Below are positions 1 through 10,365 of a stretch of DNA of 61,218 bases, piece after piece; position 1 is the first letter of the stretch; each line of letters begins with the position of its first letter. Made by a program: the position numbers and the translations under genes. The notes below the pieces were generated by a model. That model did no database searches, was not told the origin of the DNA, and saw only the letters and a program-made list of their open reading frames with translations. The stretch lies in the IMG/VR virus record IMGVR_UViG_3300042934_000627, positions 1-61,218 of that record. One strand, given 5' to 3'. This DNA is from a virus (lineage: Duplodnaviria > Caudoviricetes).

Positions 1-1112
1 CGGACAATGCAGAAATGGGCCCGATTATCGAACATGTTCGCGCAGATTACGTTTTCCCTGAGACATCGCGTGGTAACGTGAAAAAATTCAAGGCAGTAAA
101 TATCGCGTGGGTTGAATGGGTGGAAACTGAAAATGATGAAAATCCGTTTCTTAATGTTGAGCGGCATGTTCCTGGATATATCACGTATGAACGATATGCA
201 CTGTATGACCCACAAATTAATCATGAGTATGGCGTTCCTTTACAGGTGTTTACCATTGGTGAACGAATACCTACTGGACGCGATAATGATGTTGAGGAAA
301 CAGGCGTACCGATGATCCTCGTTGATCACGCACCATATAAATCGGTAGATGATGAGTGGCAAGGTATCAGCGGCATAGAAAAGATCGAATCCACACTTGC
401 CGCAATTAATGATCGTCTGACGCAGATCGATTATATCTTGTGGAAACATAGCGACCCAACATTGTATGGCCCTGACTTAGACGAGTCAGCAGGATCAACA
501 GCACGATTTGGTGGTCGATATATTCCACTCACGAAAGATGACGCGATTCCAGGTGCTATTACATGGAATGGACAGCTTGATGCGGCGTTTAAGGAACTCG
601 ATCTGCTAATCGGCACCGTGTTTCAGATGTCAGAAACACCGCAATGGTTATTCGGTACATCAACGTCATCGGATCACGGCGGTACCGGTACATCACACAC
701 TGATAGCTCATCAATTAAAGCACGGTTCATGCCGATTTTATCGAAAGTGAAGCGAATACGCATTCATTATGATAAAGCTATTCGGAACGCGCTATGGAAA
801 GCACAGTTGCTCGAACTTGCAGCTAATAAGAGTGTAGCAGGTTTTGATAAATATACGCCTACTTATCCGACAATACAGTGGAAAGACGGAATTCCTCGTG
901 ATGAGAAAGAACTTGCTGAAATCATGCAGATTAGAACCGGTGGAAAGCCAACTCTCGATCAACACTCGGCGATAAAGGCTGAGTCCGAAGTTGACGATCA
1001 GCAGGCGGAAGAGATTATATCACGTATTCAGTCCGATGAAGAACGGATGAGTGGCACCGTGGACGCGTCGATCTTTCAGCAACCAGCCGATAGCGGAAGT
1101 GGTAGCGGATGA
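1..1112 (+). CDS. Phage portal protein, SPP1 gp6-like (5'-truncated by window edge)
   Basis: Frame open from position 3; portal-like segments (INDRLTQIDYILWKHSDPTLYGP, W.DGIP.DE.E); precedes minor capsid/scaffold/capsid. Confidence 0.85.
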   Translation, partial: DNAEMGPIIEHVRADYVFPETSRGNVKKFKAVNIAWVEWVETENDENPFLNVERHVPGYITYERYALYDPQINHEYGVPLQVFTIGERIPTGRDNDVEETGVPMILVDHAPYKSVDDEWQGISGIEKIESTLAAINDRLTQIDYILWKHSDPTLYGPDLDESAGSTARFGGRYIPLTKDDAIPGAITWNGQLDAAFKELDLLIGTVFQMSETPQWLFGTSTSSDHGGTGTSHTDSSSIKARFMPILSKVKRIRIHYDKAIRNALWKAQLLELAANKSVAGFDKYTPTYPTIQWKDGIPRDEKELAEIMQIRTGGKPTLDQHSAIKAESEVDDQQAEEIISRIQSDEERMSGTVDASIFQQPADSGSGSG

Positions 1113-1942
1113 TGCCGAATGAGCCGGATTTCGATAAAGAGATCGCGAAGTTGACGGCATTGTACGATAAATCAATCGGTGATATTCGCCGCGTCCTCGA
1201 TAATATCGATTTATCACGGTTTACACCTCGCCAGCAGGCGGCTATCTTGCGTCAAGTACACGATATATTAGCGCAGTTAAACGATGACTCATCAAAATGG
1301 ATTTCCATCCACATGGCTGATGCTGCGATTGCTGGCGCAGTGCTGGCGATTATATCGTTAGGTGACGAAGCAACCAAAAAAGCAGCACTGGCAGCGATAA
1401 AATCAAAAAAAGTATCGGATGAACTTTTAAAAGCGGCAATGTCCGACACTCAGTCGGATCTACTTGCCGTAACGCAGAATGTTGATCGTAAAGTGCGATC
1501 AGCTGTACGCCAAACATACGGGGAAGTGCTACGTGGCAATTTGTCGCGAGGGGTAAACGGAAGGCGTACGATGAACGCCGATGCGATTACGAGACTGCGT
1601 CAGCGACTTGGTGACTCGCTTAATTCGGGAATTATCGATAAGTCAGGTCGCCGATGGAAGCCGAGTGTTTACGTAGATATGGCTACGCGAACAAAAATGC
1701 TAAGGCTGACGATGGAAGCAATGCAAACAGAAGCACTAAGTCGTGATGCTCAGTGCGGGATTATTAGCAGTCATGGTGCTAAAGATCGGTGTGGGCCGTG
1801 GGAAGGTCGTATTGTTAAATTAACAGCCGATGCCCCCGGTGATTATCCGTTACTTGACGATTTGTACGGTGGTAGTTACGGTATCTTTCATCCAAACTGC
1901 AAACATACCGTAAGTGCTATACGAGATCCAAGTAAATATTAA
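1109..1942 (+). CDS. Phage minor capsid / head morphogenesis protein
   Basis: DKSGRRWKP..YVDM..RT and C-terminal FHPNCKH motif; follows portal. Confidence 0.85.
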   Translation: MMPNEPDFDKEIAKLTALYDKSIGDIRRVLDNIDLSRFTPRQQAAILRQVHDILAQLNDDSSKWISIHMADAAIAGAVLAIISLGDEATKKAALAAIKSKKVSDELLKAAMSDTQSDLLAVTQNVDRKVRSAVRQTYGEVLRGNLSRGVNGRRTMNADAITRLRQRLGDSLNSGIIDKSGRRWKPSVYVDMATRTKMLRLTMEAMQTEALSRDAQCGIISSHGAKDRCGPWEGRIVKLTADAPGDYPLLDDLYGGSYGIFHPNCKHTVSAIRDPSKY

Positions 1943-1957
1943 CAGGAGTGATTAAAT

Positions 1958-2461
1958 TTGCCTATAGATAATGGAATTAGTACACCAATCTCAGTCGATT
2001 CTCGTGGTGTGTCCGCAGTAATTGACGAAGATATTGATGGGGTTAAAGCGATCCCTCACGTTCTTGTGACTAAGGACGAAAACGGTCGTTACGTTTATGC
2101 GTCACTAGGAGGAAGTAGTAGCGTAACGTCTGACCAAATTACAGACGCGTCTGCTGTAGGTAAACAGGTTTTGACCTCCGCTGATGCACCGTCAGCTAGA
2201 TTAGCCATCGGCGCGGGCACATCTAACTTAACCATTGGCACAACAGGCACGACCGCAAAAGCAGGTAATTATGTTCCGGCATGGACTGAAGTAACTGGTA
2301 AGCCGACTACATTCGCGCCACTAGTAGCAACGACGTCTGTAGTTGGTGGCGTTAAACAGGCTACTGATCAGATAAACTCTACAGCTCCTGATGTTGCAAC
2401 ATTAGTAACTGATTTTAATGCCTTACTAGCAAAACTTAAAGCAGCAGGTATCATGGCTTAA
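1958..2461 (+). CDS. Head fibre / decoration protein
   Basis: C-terminus GGVKQA...DFNALLAKLKAAGIMA typical of phage head-fibre proteins. Confidence 0.65.
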   Translation: MPIDNGISTPISVDSRGVSAVIDEDIDGVKAIPHVLVTKDENGRYVYASLGGSSSVTSDQITDASAVGKQVLTSADAPSARLAIGAGTSNLTIGTTGTTAKAGNYVPAWTEVTGKPTTFAPLVATTSVVGGVKQATDQINSTAPDVATLVTDFNALLAKLKAAGIMA

Positions 2462-2547
2462 TTGATTGAAGTGTCCAAACGTTTACGACGTTAAACTGAA
2501 ACGGAATCAGACGCGCGACGGCGCTTAATAAACGGAGGTTATACGAA

Positions 2548-3210
2548 ATGAGCGAAGAAATAAAAGACGAAACTACTACGGTTGAGGAACCGGAAAATAA
2601 ATCGAAAGAAGAACCGAAGCCAGAAGAAAAGACATTTACGCAAGCAGATATCGATCGTATCTTAGCAGATCGAATCACACGAGAACATAAGAAGTTTTCC
2701 GATTACGACGAATTAAAAACGAAAGTTAGCGACTTTGAAAAACAAGCCGAAGAAAAACGACTGGCCGAGCTATCCGAAAAGGAAAAGGCCGAAGAACTTG
2801 CGAAAAAGGCGCAAGAAGAGCGCGACTCCTTAACGAAGGAAATCGAAACAATGAAGTCGGCAGTAAAAACCGAAAAGATTCATAATGCGTTTATTACTGC
2901 CGCGACAAAAAACGGAATTGCGTATGTTGACGACGCTTATCAACTCGCAGATCTATCCAGCGTGGAGGTTACGGAAGATGGTTCGATCAATGGAGTTGAT
3001 GACTTAGTAAACGCCCTAATCGAATCTAAACCATTTCTAGTCGCGAAAGAAAAGCCGAATCCAATCGGTAGTGCGACTAATGACAGCCACGATAAAGCGG
3101 ACAAGACTTCTGATCAGCTACTTGCGGAAGCAAGCGAAAAGGCAAGAAAAAGTGGTCGTATTGAGGATAAGATGGCATACGCGCAATTGAAACGTGAACT
3201 TAGTAAGTAA
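2548..3210 (+). CDS. Capsid scaffolding protein
   Basis: KTFTQADIDRI motif, acidic coiled coil, directly upstream of major capsid. Confidence 0.85.
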   Translation: MSEEIKDETTTVEEPENKSKEEPKPEEKTFTQADIDRILADRITREHKKFSDYDELKTKVSDFEKQAEEKRLAELSEKEKAEELAKKAQEERDSLTKEIETMKSAVKTEKIHNAFITAATKNGIAYVDDAYQLADLSSVEVTEDGSINGVDDLVNALIESKPFLVAKEKPNPIGSATNDSHDKADKTSDQLLAEASEKARKSGRIEDKMAYAQLKRELSK

Positions 3211-3226
3211 TTAAATTCGAAAGCTC

Positions 3227-3257
3227 AAGGCACTCGCAAATAGCGGGTGCCTTTTTG
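3227..3257 (+). terminator. Hairpin plus U-tract between scaffold and capsid genes
   Basis: aaggcactcgc-aaata-gcgggtgcctt followed by tttg. Confidence 0.55.
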
Positions 3258-3279
3258 ATGCCCAAAACTACAAAATGGA

Positions 3280-4380
3280 GTGAAATTAATGACTAAAGCA
3301 TATGACGCTTCCTTAATTGGTAAGAAGTTGTCCGTAGTAGACGAAATGCTACTGCTAAATCCGTATCAAACTCCGCTGATCAGCCTTTGCGGTTTCGGTC
3401 AACCCGTAACTCAAACGACTCATCAGTGGTTCGAAGATGAACTTTTCGGAGATAAATCGACTATTTCCGGAGCGAAACTAGCAACTGATACATCACTCGT
3501 AGTAGCCGACGTTGAACCATTCCGCGTTGGTCACGTAATCAAAATCGGCGATGAATTACTGTATGTATCGGCAGTTGATACAGGATCCAAAACGCTGACC
3601 GTAACTCGTGGATATGCGAGCACAACTCCGGCAGCTATTTCTGATGGCGCAAAAGTCGAAGTTCAGTTCGTTGAAGGTGTCGAAGGTGCAGATGCACGCG
3701 CTGCTCGTTACAAATCACGTACACCACATCAGAACTATACGCAAATTTTCGACGATTCTATCGAAGTTTCTGGCACTGCCGAAGCAGTACAACAGTATGG
3801 CGTTGCTGATCTGTACGAATATGAGAAGCAGAAGAAGCAGACTGAGCTCGCCCTGCAACTTGAAAAAGCGTTGATTGGCGGCGTTGCGTTTAATAATGGT
3901 CAGGTCCGTCAAATGGCTGGTATTCGATCGCTCGTACAGACTAACGTTACTGACGCGGCAAATGCAGCAGCTAGTGCTAGCATTCTTAATGATTCCTTGC
4001 AGTCTATTTACGAAGCAGGCGGATTTCAGAGCGGTGGCGACTATCATATTCAGGTATCTCCGAAGCAGAAACGCGCAATCTCGAATTTTGACGATAATCA
4101 TCTGTACGTCACTCGTGCCGATAATGCTCGTGGTCAGAAAGTTGATCAATTCGTATCTGATTTCGGTCAATTCCCGATCTACTTGAACATTAACCTTGAT
4201 CCAGACGAAATTATCATCTGTGATTGCAATCGTATGGCTATTCGTCCACTCGTAGGCCGCGACTTCTTCCACAAATATCTCGGTGAAAAAGGTGATAGCA
4301 CTAATGGCATTCTGGTCGGCGAATATACGCTTGAACTGAAACAGGAAAAAGCGTTCGCACGAATCAAGAACCTGGCATAA
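3280..4380 (+). CDS. Major capsid protein (DUF5309/SU10-like) with inserted beta-rich domain
   Basis: 366 aa; W.EDEL, NYTQIF...VSGT, GEYTLE motifs; position after scaffold. Confidence 0.85.
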   Translation: MKLMTKAYDASLIGKKLSVVDEMLLLNPYQTPLISLCGFGQPVTQTTHQWFEDELFGDKSTISGAKLATDTSLVVADVEPFRVGHVIKIGDELLYVSAVDTGSKTLTVTRGYASTTPAAISDGAKVEVQFVEGVEGADARAARYKSRTPHQNYTQIFDDSIEVSGTAEAVQQYGVADLYEYEKQKKQTELALQLEKALIGGVAFNNGQVRQMAGIRSLVQTNVTDAANAAASASILNDSLQSIYEAGGFQSGGDYHIQVSPKQKRAISNFDDNHLYVTRADNARGQKVDQFVSDFGQFPIYLNINLDPDEIIICDCNRMAIRPLVGRDFFHKYLGEKGDSTNGILVGEYTLELKQEKAFARIKNLA

Positions 4381-4393
4381 GGAGTGATGGAAT

Positions 4394-4573
4394 TTGGCAA
4401 CGTTTAAGAGCCGATTTAAAGAACTCGCGTTCTACGTTGACGGCAAGCTGAAAAAGTTCCACGCTGGCCAGTACGTGACAAAGAGCGCAAAAGAAACGAA
4501 AATTGTCGATGCACTGAAAGATACTGAGCACATCGATGAACCAGCGGAGCAGCCGAAAGCCTCCGCAAAATAA
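4394..4573 (+). CDS. Small head-associated protein (59 aa, MATFKSRFKELAFYVDG...), not in ORF track
   Basis: SD aaggag then TTG; fills gap between capsid and adaptor genes. Confidence 0.65.
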   Translation: MATFKSRFKELAFYVDGKLKKFHAGQYVTKSAKETKIVDALKDTEHIDEPAEQPKASAK

Positions 4574-4590
4574 GCGGAGGTGAACGGTAA

Positions 4591-4989
4591 ATGGCCGTAA
4601 ATATTACGGACGCTGACGCATATATCGATGCAAGTGTCATCGTATGCGAAGATTGGGACGATAGCGACGAATCGAGAAAAACACGATTGCTTAATAAAGC
4701 ATCGAACGTGCTCGCAAACAAATATGTAGGCTATACGATTCCTGATTCGGCAGCATACGAATATGCATCGTTTCTCGCAACAGTATTTAACGACACCAAT
4801 AAGTACGCGCAACAGGGCGCACTCGGTTTTGCTGTATCAGGCGTAGTTTCCTTTTCATTCAAAGGAACGCAGGTTAAGCCGTTCAACGATATTCCGAAAG
4901 CCGTCGTGCAACTGATTAATGATGACGAATCAAATGCCGATTTACCCTCGTTATCATCTGGGCGCGGTGTAAAGTGGACGGTGCTGTGA
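4591..4989 (+). CDS. Head-tail adaptor/connector protein
   Basis: N-terminal DADAYI motif, size and position after capsid. Confidence 0.65.
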   Translation: MAVNITDADAYIDASVIVCEDWDDSDESRKTRLLNKASNVLANKYVGYTIPDSAAYEYASFLATVFNDTNKYAQQGALGFAVSGVVSFSFKGTQVKPFNDIPKAVVQLINDDESNADLPSLSSGRGVKWTVL

Positions 4990-4990
4990 T

Positions 4991-5329
4991 ATGGCGTTAA
5001 TTCCGATGAAACAGACAGTTACACGGGTACGAACGACTGGTGACGAGTGGGATGGAACTATATCAACAGCCCGCGACGATCTGAAATGCGCCGTATTCGA
5101 AGGTACGAAGCTTGTACGCTCAATGAGCGGATCAAGCGGTGCTCAGGGCGTCACATCGAGCGAAGTCATTTCTAGCGCGCGAATTTATTTCGACAAGTTG
5201 GCAGATGTTCGCCAGACAGACACGTTTGAATATACGAACGAACTCGGGATTACGCGAACATACACGCCGCTAACGATTGATGTTAAGCGGTTAGCTGGTA
5301 AGCCGATATTGACGGTGGTTTCCGTATGA
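4991..5329 (+). CDS. Head closure / neck protein
   Basis: Synteny in neck module; beta-rich 112 aa. Confidence 0.55.
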   Translation: MALIPMKQTVTRVRTTGDEWDGTISTARDDLKCAVFEGTKLVRSMSGSSGAQGVTSSEVISSARIYFDKLADVRQTDTFEYTNELGITRTYTPLTIDVKRLAGKPILTVVSV

Positions 5330-5727
5330 GTGCGTCGATTGAGATTAATTCAGATAAATTGCGTTTGTTACTTGCCCAGTCACCCCTATTCGCGGCTAAA
5401 GGTGCTAAACAAGGGCTACATGAGTCGCTTGATGATTGGGTAAAAGAGTCACGAGATATTGCACCAATTGATAAAGGAACGTTGAGACGAGGCATTACGC
5501 CAGGTGATATTACAGGAGAAGGTCTCGATTTAAAAGCAACTATTGAATCGACGGCTAATGAAGGTGACTTTAACTACGCCTATTACATTCATGAGCTTGA
5601 TGACGGCGGTAAAAATGTAAATGGAGAGAAAAAATATCTCGATGTATCGGCCGAAGAAAATCAAGAAAAGTGGATGAAATGGGTTGAGGAATCAATGATC
5701 AAATCAATGAAGGAGGCCGGCTGGTGA
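5326..5727 (+). CDS. HK97 gp10-like neck/tail component
   Basis: APIDKGTLRR and YAYYIHE motifs. Confidence 0.75.
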   Translation: MSASIEINSDKLRLLLAQSPLFAAKGAKQGLHESLDDWVKESRDIAPIDKGTLRRGITPGDITGEGLDLKATIESTANEGDFNYAYYIHELDDGGKNVNGEKKYLDVSAEENQEKWMKWVEESMIKSMKEAGW

Positions 5728-6173
5728 CGGTAATAAACGAAATGAACTCGATTTATGATTATATAAAGTCGATATACCCGACATCAATAATAGCGAGACA
5801 AGACGTTCCATCGTCGCCAGTAGCCAGCACCTTTGTTATTCGATCGCAATATAATCCTACTGGAGTCGAAACATCGGTAACAAATATTCATAGTCGCGAG
5901 TACCAGTTAATCTACTACGGTTCTAGTTCCGTAGATGTGCTAACGCAGTTTGATGCGATAGATTACGCTATACAAAATAGCCGAATGATGATCCCATTAC
6001 GAGGCTCTTCCCGGTTTATCCGAGTGAAGGGCTTTTATTATGGAACCGTTTATACATCGGCGAGCGGTGTTCCTTATGCAATTGGCGTTCTACAAACGGA
6101 GACACGTGACCTTATGGACATTCCGGAAACAGAAAAGATCATGGCCGTTAATACAACGGTTAATGGGGAGTGA
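5724..6173 (+). CDS. Tail terminator protein
   Basis: Position immediately before sheath; size. Confidence 0.55.
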   Translation: MTVINEMNSIYDYIKSIYPTSIIARQDVPSSPVASTFVIRSQYNPTGVETSVTNIHSREYQLIYYGSSSVDVLTQFDAIDYAIQNSRMMIPLRGSSRFIRVKGFYYGTVYTSASGVPYAIGVLQTETRDLMDIPETEKIMAVNTTVNGE

Positions 6174-7249
6174 AATACATGAGCTTTACTCAATGGGATC
6201 CGACGGCCTTGCCGGTTCGTCCGGGTCTCTATATTAATTTTGTTGAGGCAGCTGTTGCACAGATCAGCGGAGGCGCGATGGGTATCGTTGCTATCCCGTT
6301 GAAAGCCCATACTGGCGGAACAGCTACCGACAAAATATTTTATACGGTAACTAATGAGTCTGACGCTACTGAGCTATTTGGCGCTGATAATATCCAGTCG
6401 ATTAAGTTCGCGTTGGCTGGCGGCGCGAGCGAAGTGCTCGTTTATACGTTGCCGGTAATCGATGGAACGACAGTTACCGAAGAAGCGGCATACAGCGAAG
6501 CACGTGACGGATTCGAAGCACGACCGTTTAACGTCTTTGTATTTGACGGTGAAGTTAGCGCGACACAGCAAACGGAAACTGTGGCTTGGCTGCAAACGAA
6601 TATCACCGAAAAGAAAGAGTTTATGTTCGTTGCTGGCGGAAGCACTGCGGATGATCTCGACCCAACTGTCGGAAATACACGATCTACAACGCTGGCCAAC
6701 GATGCTGTTGTGAACCTGATCTCGGGCGTAACGATTGAAGGCGTAGACTATTCAAGCAGCGATTATGCGCCGTTTATCGCCGGCTTGGTCGCTGGCACGC
6801 CGATTAATGCATCAATTACGTACGCAGTAGTACCAGTCGATGACGTTACGAAACGGCTGAAGAATAGCGATATCGTTACGGCGTTACAGGCAGGCTCACT
6901 AGTGCTCGTAAATGATGGCGAAAAGGTAAAAGTCGAGCAAGGGCTTACGACTACGAAGAAAAAGATCCGCAGCATTCGCGCTCGCCATGCGATTGCCACA
7001 GCGATTGATAAGACGGCTCGCGATAACTATATCGGCAAGCTAAATAACAATGCCGATGGTCAGGCCGCTTTGATTAGCGCAGTTAAGGCATACCTCGAAC
7101 AGCTAGAAAATAGCAATGTGCTTATTCTTTCAGACAACGCGGTAGGTCTTGATCCACAGCACGAAAGTAGCGGAGATACGGTATTTTTAGCGATTAATTA
7201 TACCGAAGTTGACTCGATGGAGCACGTATTCTTAACGGTAAACGTCTGA
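6170..7249 (+). CDS. Tail sheath protein (XkdK-like)
   Basis: RPGLYINF N-terminus, YIGKLNNNADGQ and VDSME C-terminal motifs. Confidence 0.9.
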   Translation: MKYMSFTQWDPTALPVRPGLYINFVEAAVAQISGGAMGIVAIPLKAHTGGTATDKIFYTVTNESDATELFGADNIQSIKFALAGGASEVLVYTLPVIDGTTVTEEAAYSEARDGFEARPFNVFVFDGEVSATQQTETVAWLQTNITEKKEFMFVAGGSTADDLDPTVGNTRSTTLANDAVVNLISGVTIEGVDYSSSDYAPFIAGLVAGTPINASITYAVVPVDDVTKRLKNSDIVTALQAGSLVLVNDGEKVKVEQGLTTTKKKIRSIRARHAIATAIDKTARDNYIGKLNNNADGQAALISAVKAYLEQLENSNVLILSDNAVGLDPQHESSGDTVFLAINYTEVDSMEHVFLTVNV

Positions 7250-7267
7250 TAAAGGGGGTAATCGTGT

Positions 7268-7705
7268 ATGGTTATGGATGCAACACGTACTATTAACGGC
7301 TCTTATGGTGAGCTATGGCAGGATGGCACGTGGCTGACGAACATTAATAAGGTGCAAGCCAGCGGAGAAATTAACAAAGAAGAGGTTCAGCGAAGTGGTT
7401 CACGAATCACCGCGCATAAAACAACTGGCGTAACATTTTCCGGAACAATGTCCGGATTGAAAATATCATCGGCGTTAGTAAAGCAAATTGGTCAAGTCGG
7501 AACAGATCGTGGGGTTCCGTTTGTTACTGAACTAATTGCTAAATTGGACGACCCCGAATCATGGGGCGCTGAGCGTATTCGTATGAAAGGCGTTCAGTTC
7601 GATAAGATTGACCTCGTAAACTTCGAGGCAAACAAACTCGTCGAGACGGAGATCCCATTCACATTCAGCGGATTTGATCTTCTCGATGAAATTAAAGAAA
7701 GTTAA
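7268..7705 (+). CDS. Tail tube protein (XkdM-like)
   Basis: INGSYGELW.DG, KLDDPES.GAERI, PFTF motifs. Confidence 0.9.
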   Translation: MVMDATRTINGSYGELWQDGTWLTNINKVQASGEINKEEVQRSGSRITAHKTTGVTFSGTMSGLKISSALVKQIGQVGTDRGVPFVTELIAKLDDPESWGAERIRMKGVQFDKIDLVNFEANKLVETEIPFTFSGFDLLDEIKES

Positions 7706-7762
7706 TCACGGCACCCATTGCGGGTGCTATTTATTTTGAAAATAACCGGGAGGTTTATATAA

Positions 7763-8137
7763 ATGGCTAAAAAAGATGCATTATCAGCGTTTCTTAGCGC
7801 GGACTTAGATGTAAAAGAAACGGTACACATTAAGCGGTTAGGAGTTGACCTCGAAGTAAAGCCGATTACGGGGAAAACACTCGATCAGCTTACCAATCAG
7901 GCAACGTTTGCTAATAAGGTTGACGGATTGAAACTAAACTGCCTCATGGTCGCGAATGCATGTACGTCATTGAACTTTGGCGATCCGAAAATGATCGAAC
8001 ATTACGGCGCATCCGATCCGGTCGATTGTGTACAAAAAGCGCTATTTGCCGGCGAACTTACACAAATGGTTCAGGAGATCCTAAAAGTCTCCGGATTTGA
8101 AAATATGGATGCCCAGATACTCACAGCAAAAAACTAA
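7763..8137 (+). CDS. Tail assembly chaperone (XkdN-like), gpG equivalent
   Basis: L.AGE...ILKVSGF...AKN ending; between tube and tape measure. Confidence 0.85.
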   Translation: MAKKDALSAFLSADLDVKETVHIKRLGVDLEVKPITGKTLDQLTNQATFANKVDGLKLNCLMVANACTSLNFGDPKMIEHYGASDPVDCVQKALFAGELTQMVQEILKVSGFENMDAQILTAKN

Positions 8138-8295
8138 TCAAGGCCGGTGGAGAAGCAACGTTAATCCACGCGATATTCCAACGGCACCATATCCCACCTG
8201 ACGAGTTATATGCGAAGAATCAACGTATTCGAGCGTTTATGTACGCATCAATGGAACTCGTACTTGAAGCGGAAGAAAAAGAACGGAATAAATAA
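8128..8295 (+). CDS. -1 frameshift extension of tail chaperone (gpGT equivalent)
   Basis: Slippery A AAA AAC at 8128-8134; -1 frame open to TAA 8293-8295 (KLIKAGGEATLIHAIFQRHHIPP...). Confidence 0.8.
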   Translation, partial: KKLIKAGGEATLIHAIFQRHHIPPDELYAKNQRIRAFMYASMELVLEAEEKERNK

Positions 8296-8313
8296 AGAAA
8301 GGAGGAATGACCT

Positions 8314-10365
8314 ATCGCCTTCGATTTAGCGGCCGTCCTTCGTTTGACTGATGCAAACTTTACTTCGGGGATGCGATCAGCTCAACGCCAAACTGGACTA
8401 TTTAAAAGTAGTATCGGTGAAACAGTTAAACAGCTCGGTATCTTAACATCCGCTGGTGCAGTCGTTGCCGGCGGTTTTTCCGCGGTCAAGAAGTCGATGG
8501 ACTTCGAATCCGAAATGAGCACGATTAAGGCGTTAACTGGCGCAACCGGCGGACAGATGAAGCAGATGACGAACCTTGCGTTACAGATGGGCGCGAAGAC
8601 GAAATACAACGCCTTAGAAGCAGCGCAAGGAATCGAAGAACTGCTAAAAAGTGGTATGCAACCGGCAACAGTGCAAGCAGGAGGACTTGAAGCTGCATTG
8701 AACATGGCTACTGCTGGTGGCATGAGCCTTGCAGACTCAGCATCACTTATGTCTAATTCGCTGAATGCGTTTCGTAACGATGGACTAAAAGCAGCCCAAG
8801 TCTCAAATATACTCGCCGGAGCAGCAAATGCGTCATCAGCCGATATGATCGATCTCAAGTATGGGCTTGCAGCTGTTGGACCTGTTGCTGCCGGCGTAAA
8901 AATGTCATTACGCGATACAAGTGCGGCATTGGCCCTTTTCTCGAATAACAACTTGCAAGGTCAAGACGCGGGCACCTCGTTTAAAACGATGCTCATGAAT
9001 TTATCACCTCAGACTAAAAAAGCAGCGGCATTAATGAAAGAGTTTGGTATTATCACGAAAAACGGTACCGACCAATTCTTTGATGCAAAAGGTAAGGTCA
9101 AAGGATTAGCAGACGTTGCCGAGGTTTTACGTCAATCCCTTAAAAATCTGAACCCGAAAGAGCAAGGCGATGCACTCAAGCAAATGTTCGGTAGCGATGC
9201 TATTCGGGCCGGTCGTATCTTGCTCACTGAGGGCGCGGACGGGGTTAAAAAAATGTACGGTGAAATGTCGAAGGTCACCGCGCTAGACGTAGCCAAGCAA
9301 AAAATGAATAATGCAAGTGGTGCCGTTGAGCAGTTTAAAGGTGCAATGGAAACGTTGCAGATATCCGCGCTCATGCCGACGTTACCCGTAATTAAACAAA
9401 TTGCTACTGAACTAGCGAATTGGGTATCGAATTTGAAGCCGGGGCAGATACAAGCGTTTGGGGATACAGTAAAGAACATATTGTTGACGATTGTTAACCT
9501 TGTAAAATCAGTAGTAGCGCATTGGAATATGATATCGGGCGTACTTATTGGCGCAGCAGTAGCAGTTGGCGTCTTTAAAACGGCAATGGTCGGTCTTTCA
9601 ATCGTTGGTGGGGTAATCAAGTTAATGAAGGCGTGGCGTACCGCAACAATGGCGGCAACATTGGCTGAAATGGGCTTGAACGCGGCAATGTGGGCGAACC
9701 CAATTACGGGTGTGGTTGCGCTTATCGCAGTGTTAATTGGTATCATTGTTGTACTCGTATTACGCTGGCACCAAGTAACATCAGCGCTTGCATACGCATG
9801 GAATCATTTCAAAAAGACGCGTAACGTAATTCTCATACTACTCGGCCCAATCGGTTTAATAATTGCGGCTGCCGTATCGTTGGCATCACATTGGAAAACG
9901 GTAAGTGCCGTATGGTCAACGGTGTGGAACGGAATTAAGACGAAGGCTGCATCATCGATCAATTCAGTTATTGGCGGAATTAATAAGATGATTGGTGTCA
10001 TAAATCGTATACCAGGCGTTAACATCCCGATTATTCCGAAAGTAAACTGGGGAAGTTCCGGAAGTAAGGCAAAAGGTGGATCACCTATGTCTATGTCACA
10101 GCACGTGCAAATGGTTAAGTATGCGCATAGTCATGCCGGTGGACTATCAAACGTACCGTATGATCAGTACGCCGCGTCACTGCATAAGGGTGAACGTGTG
10201 CTTACACGAAGTGAGAACGAAGCATATACGCGTGGTAATGGACGGAACACGTACCAATTCGGAGATATCATAATTCAAGGCGGACCAACGGATAAAGTTA
10301 CGGTAAGTCGATTAATGGACGCGATCGCTAACGAAATCGAAGCAGCAGGAAACGGGGGAGCGTAA
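8314..10365 (+). CDS. Tail tape measure protein (TP901-type domain); probable ATC start
   Basis: Ala/Gly-rich, DFESEMS..KALTGAT, AGTSFKTML, HAGGL..VPYD motifs; SD ggagga 8301-8306 lies 7 nt before in-frame ATC. Confidence 0.9.
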   Translation: MAFDLAAVLRLTDANFTSGMRSAQRQTGLFKSSIGETVKQLGILTSAGAVVAGGFSAVKKSMDFESEMSTIKALTGATGGQMKQMTNLALQMGAKTKYNALEAAQGIEELLKSGMQPATVQAGGLEAALNMATAGGMSLADSASLMSNSLNAFRNDGLKAAQVSNILAGAANASSADMIDLKYGLAAVGPVAAGVKMSLRDTSAALALFSNNNLQGQDAGTSFKTMLMNLSPQTKKAAALMKEFGIITKNGTDQFFDAKGKVKGLADVAEVLRQSLKNLNPKEQGDALKQMFGSDAIRAGRILLTEGADGVKKMYGEMSKVTALDVAKQKMNNASGAVEQFKGAMETLQISALMPTLPVIKQIATELANWVSNLKPGQIQAFGDTVKNILLTIVNLVKSVVAHWNMISGVLIGAAVAVGVFKTAMVGLSIVGGVIKLMKAWRTATMAATLAEMGLNAAMWANPITGVVALIAVLIGIIVVLVLRWHQVTSALAYAWNHFKKTRNVILILLGPIGLIIAAAVSLASHWKTVSAVWSTVWNGIKTKAASSINSVIGGINKMIGVINRIPGVNIPIIPKVNWGSSGSKAKGGSPMSMSQHVQMVKYAHSHAGGLSNVPYDQYAASLHKGERVLTRSENEAYTRGNGRNTYQFGDIIIQGGPTDKVTVSRLMDAIANEIEAAGNGGA

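Noticed and set aside
8382-9746. Long minus-strand ORFs inside the tape measure gene, and similar shadow ORFs across the window
   Set aside because: Antisense to well-supported genes, no SD, composition mirrors the sense strand
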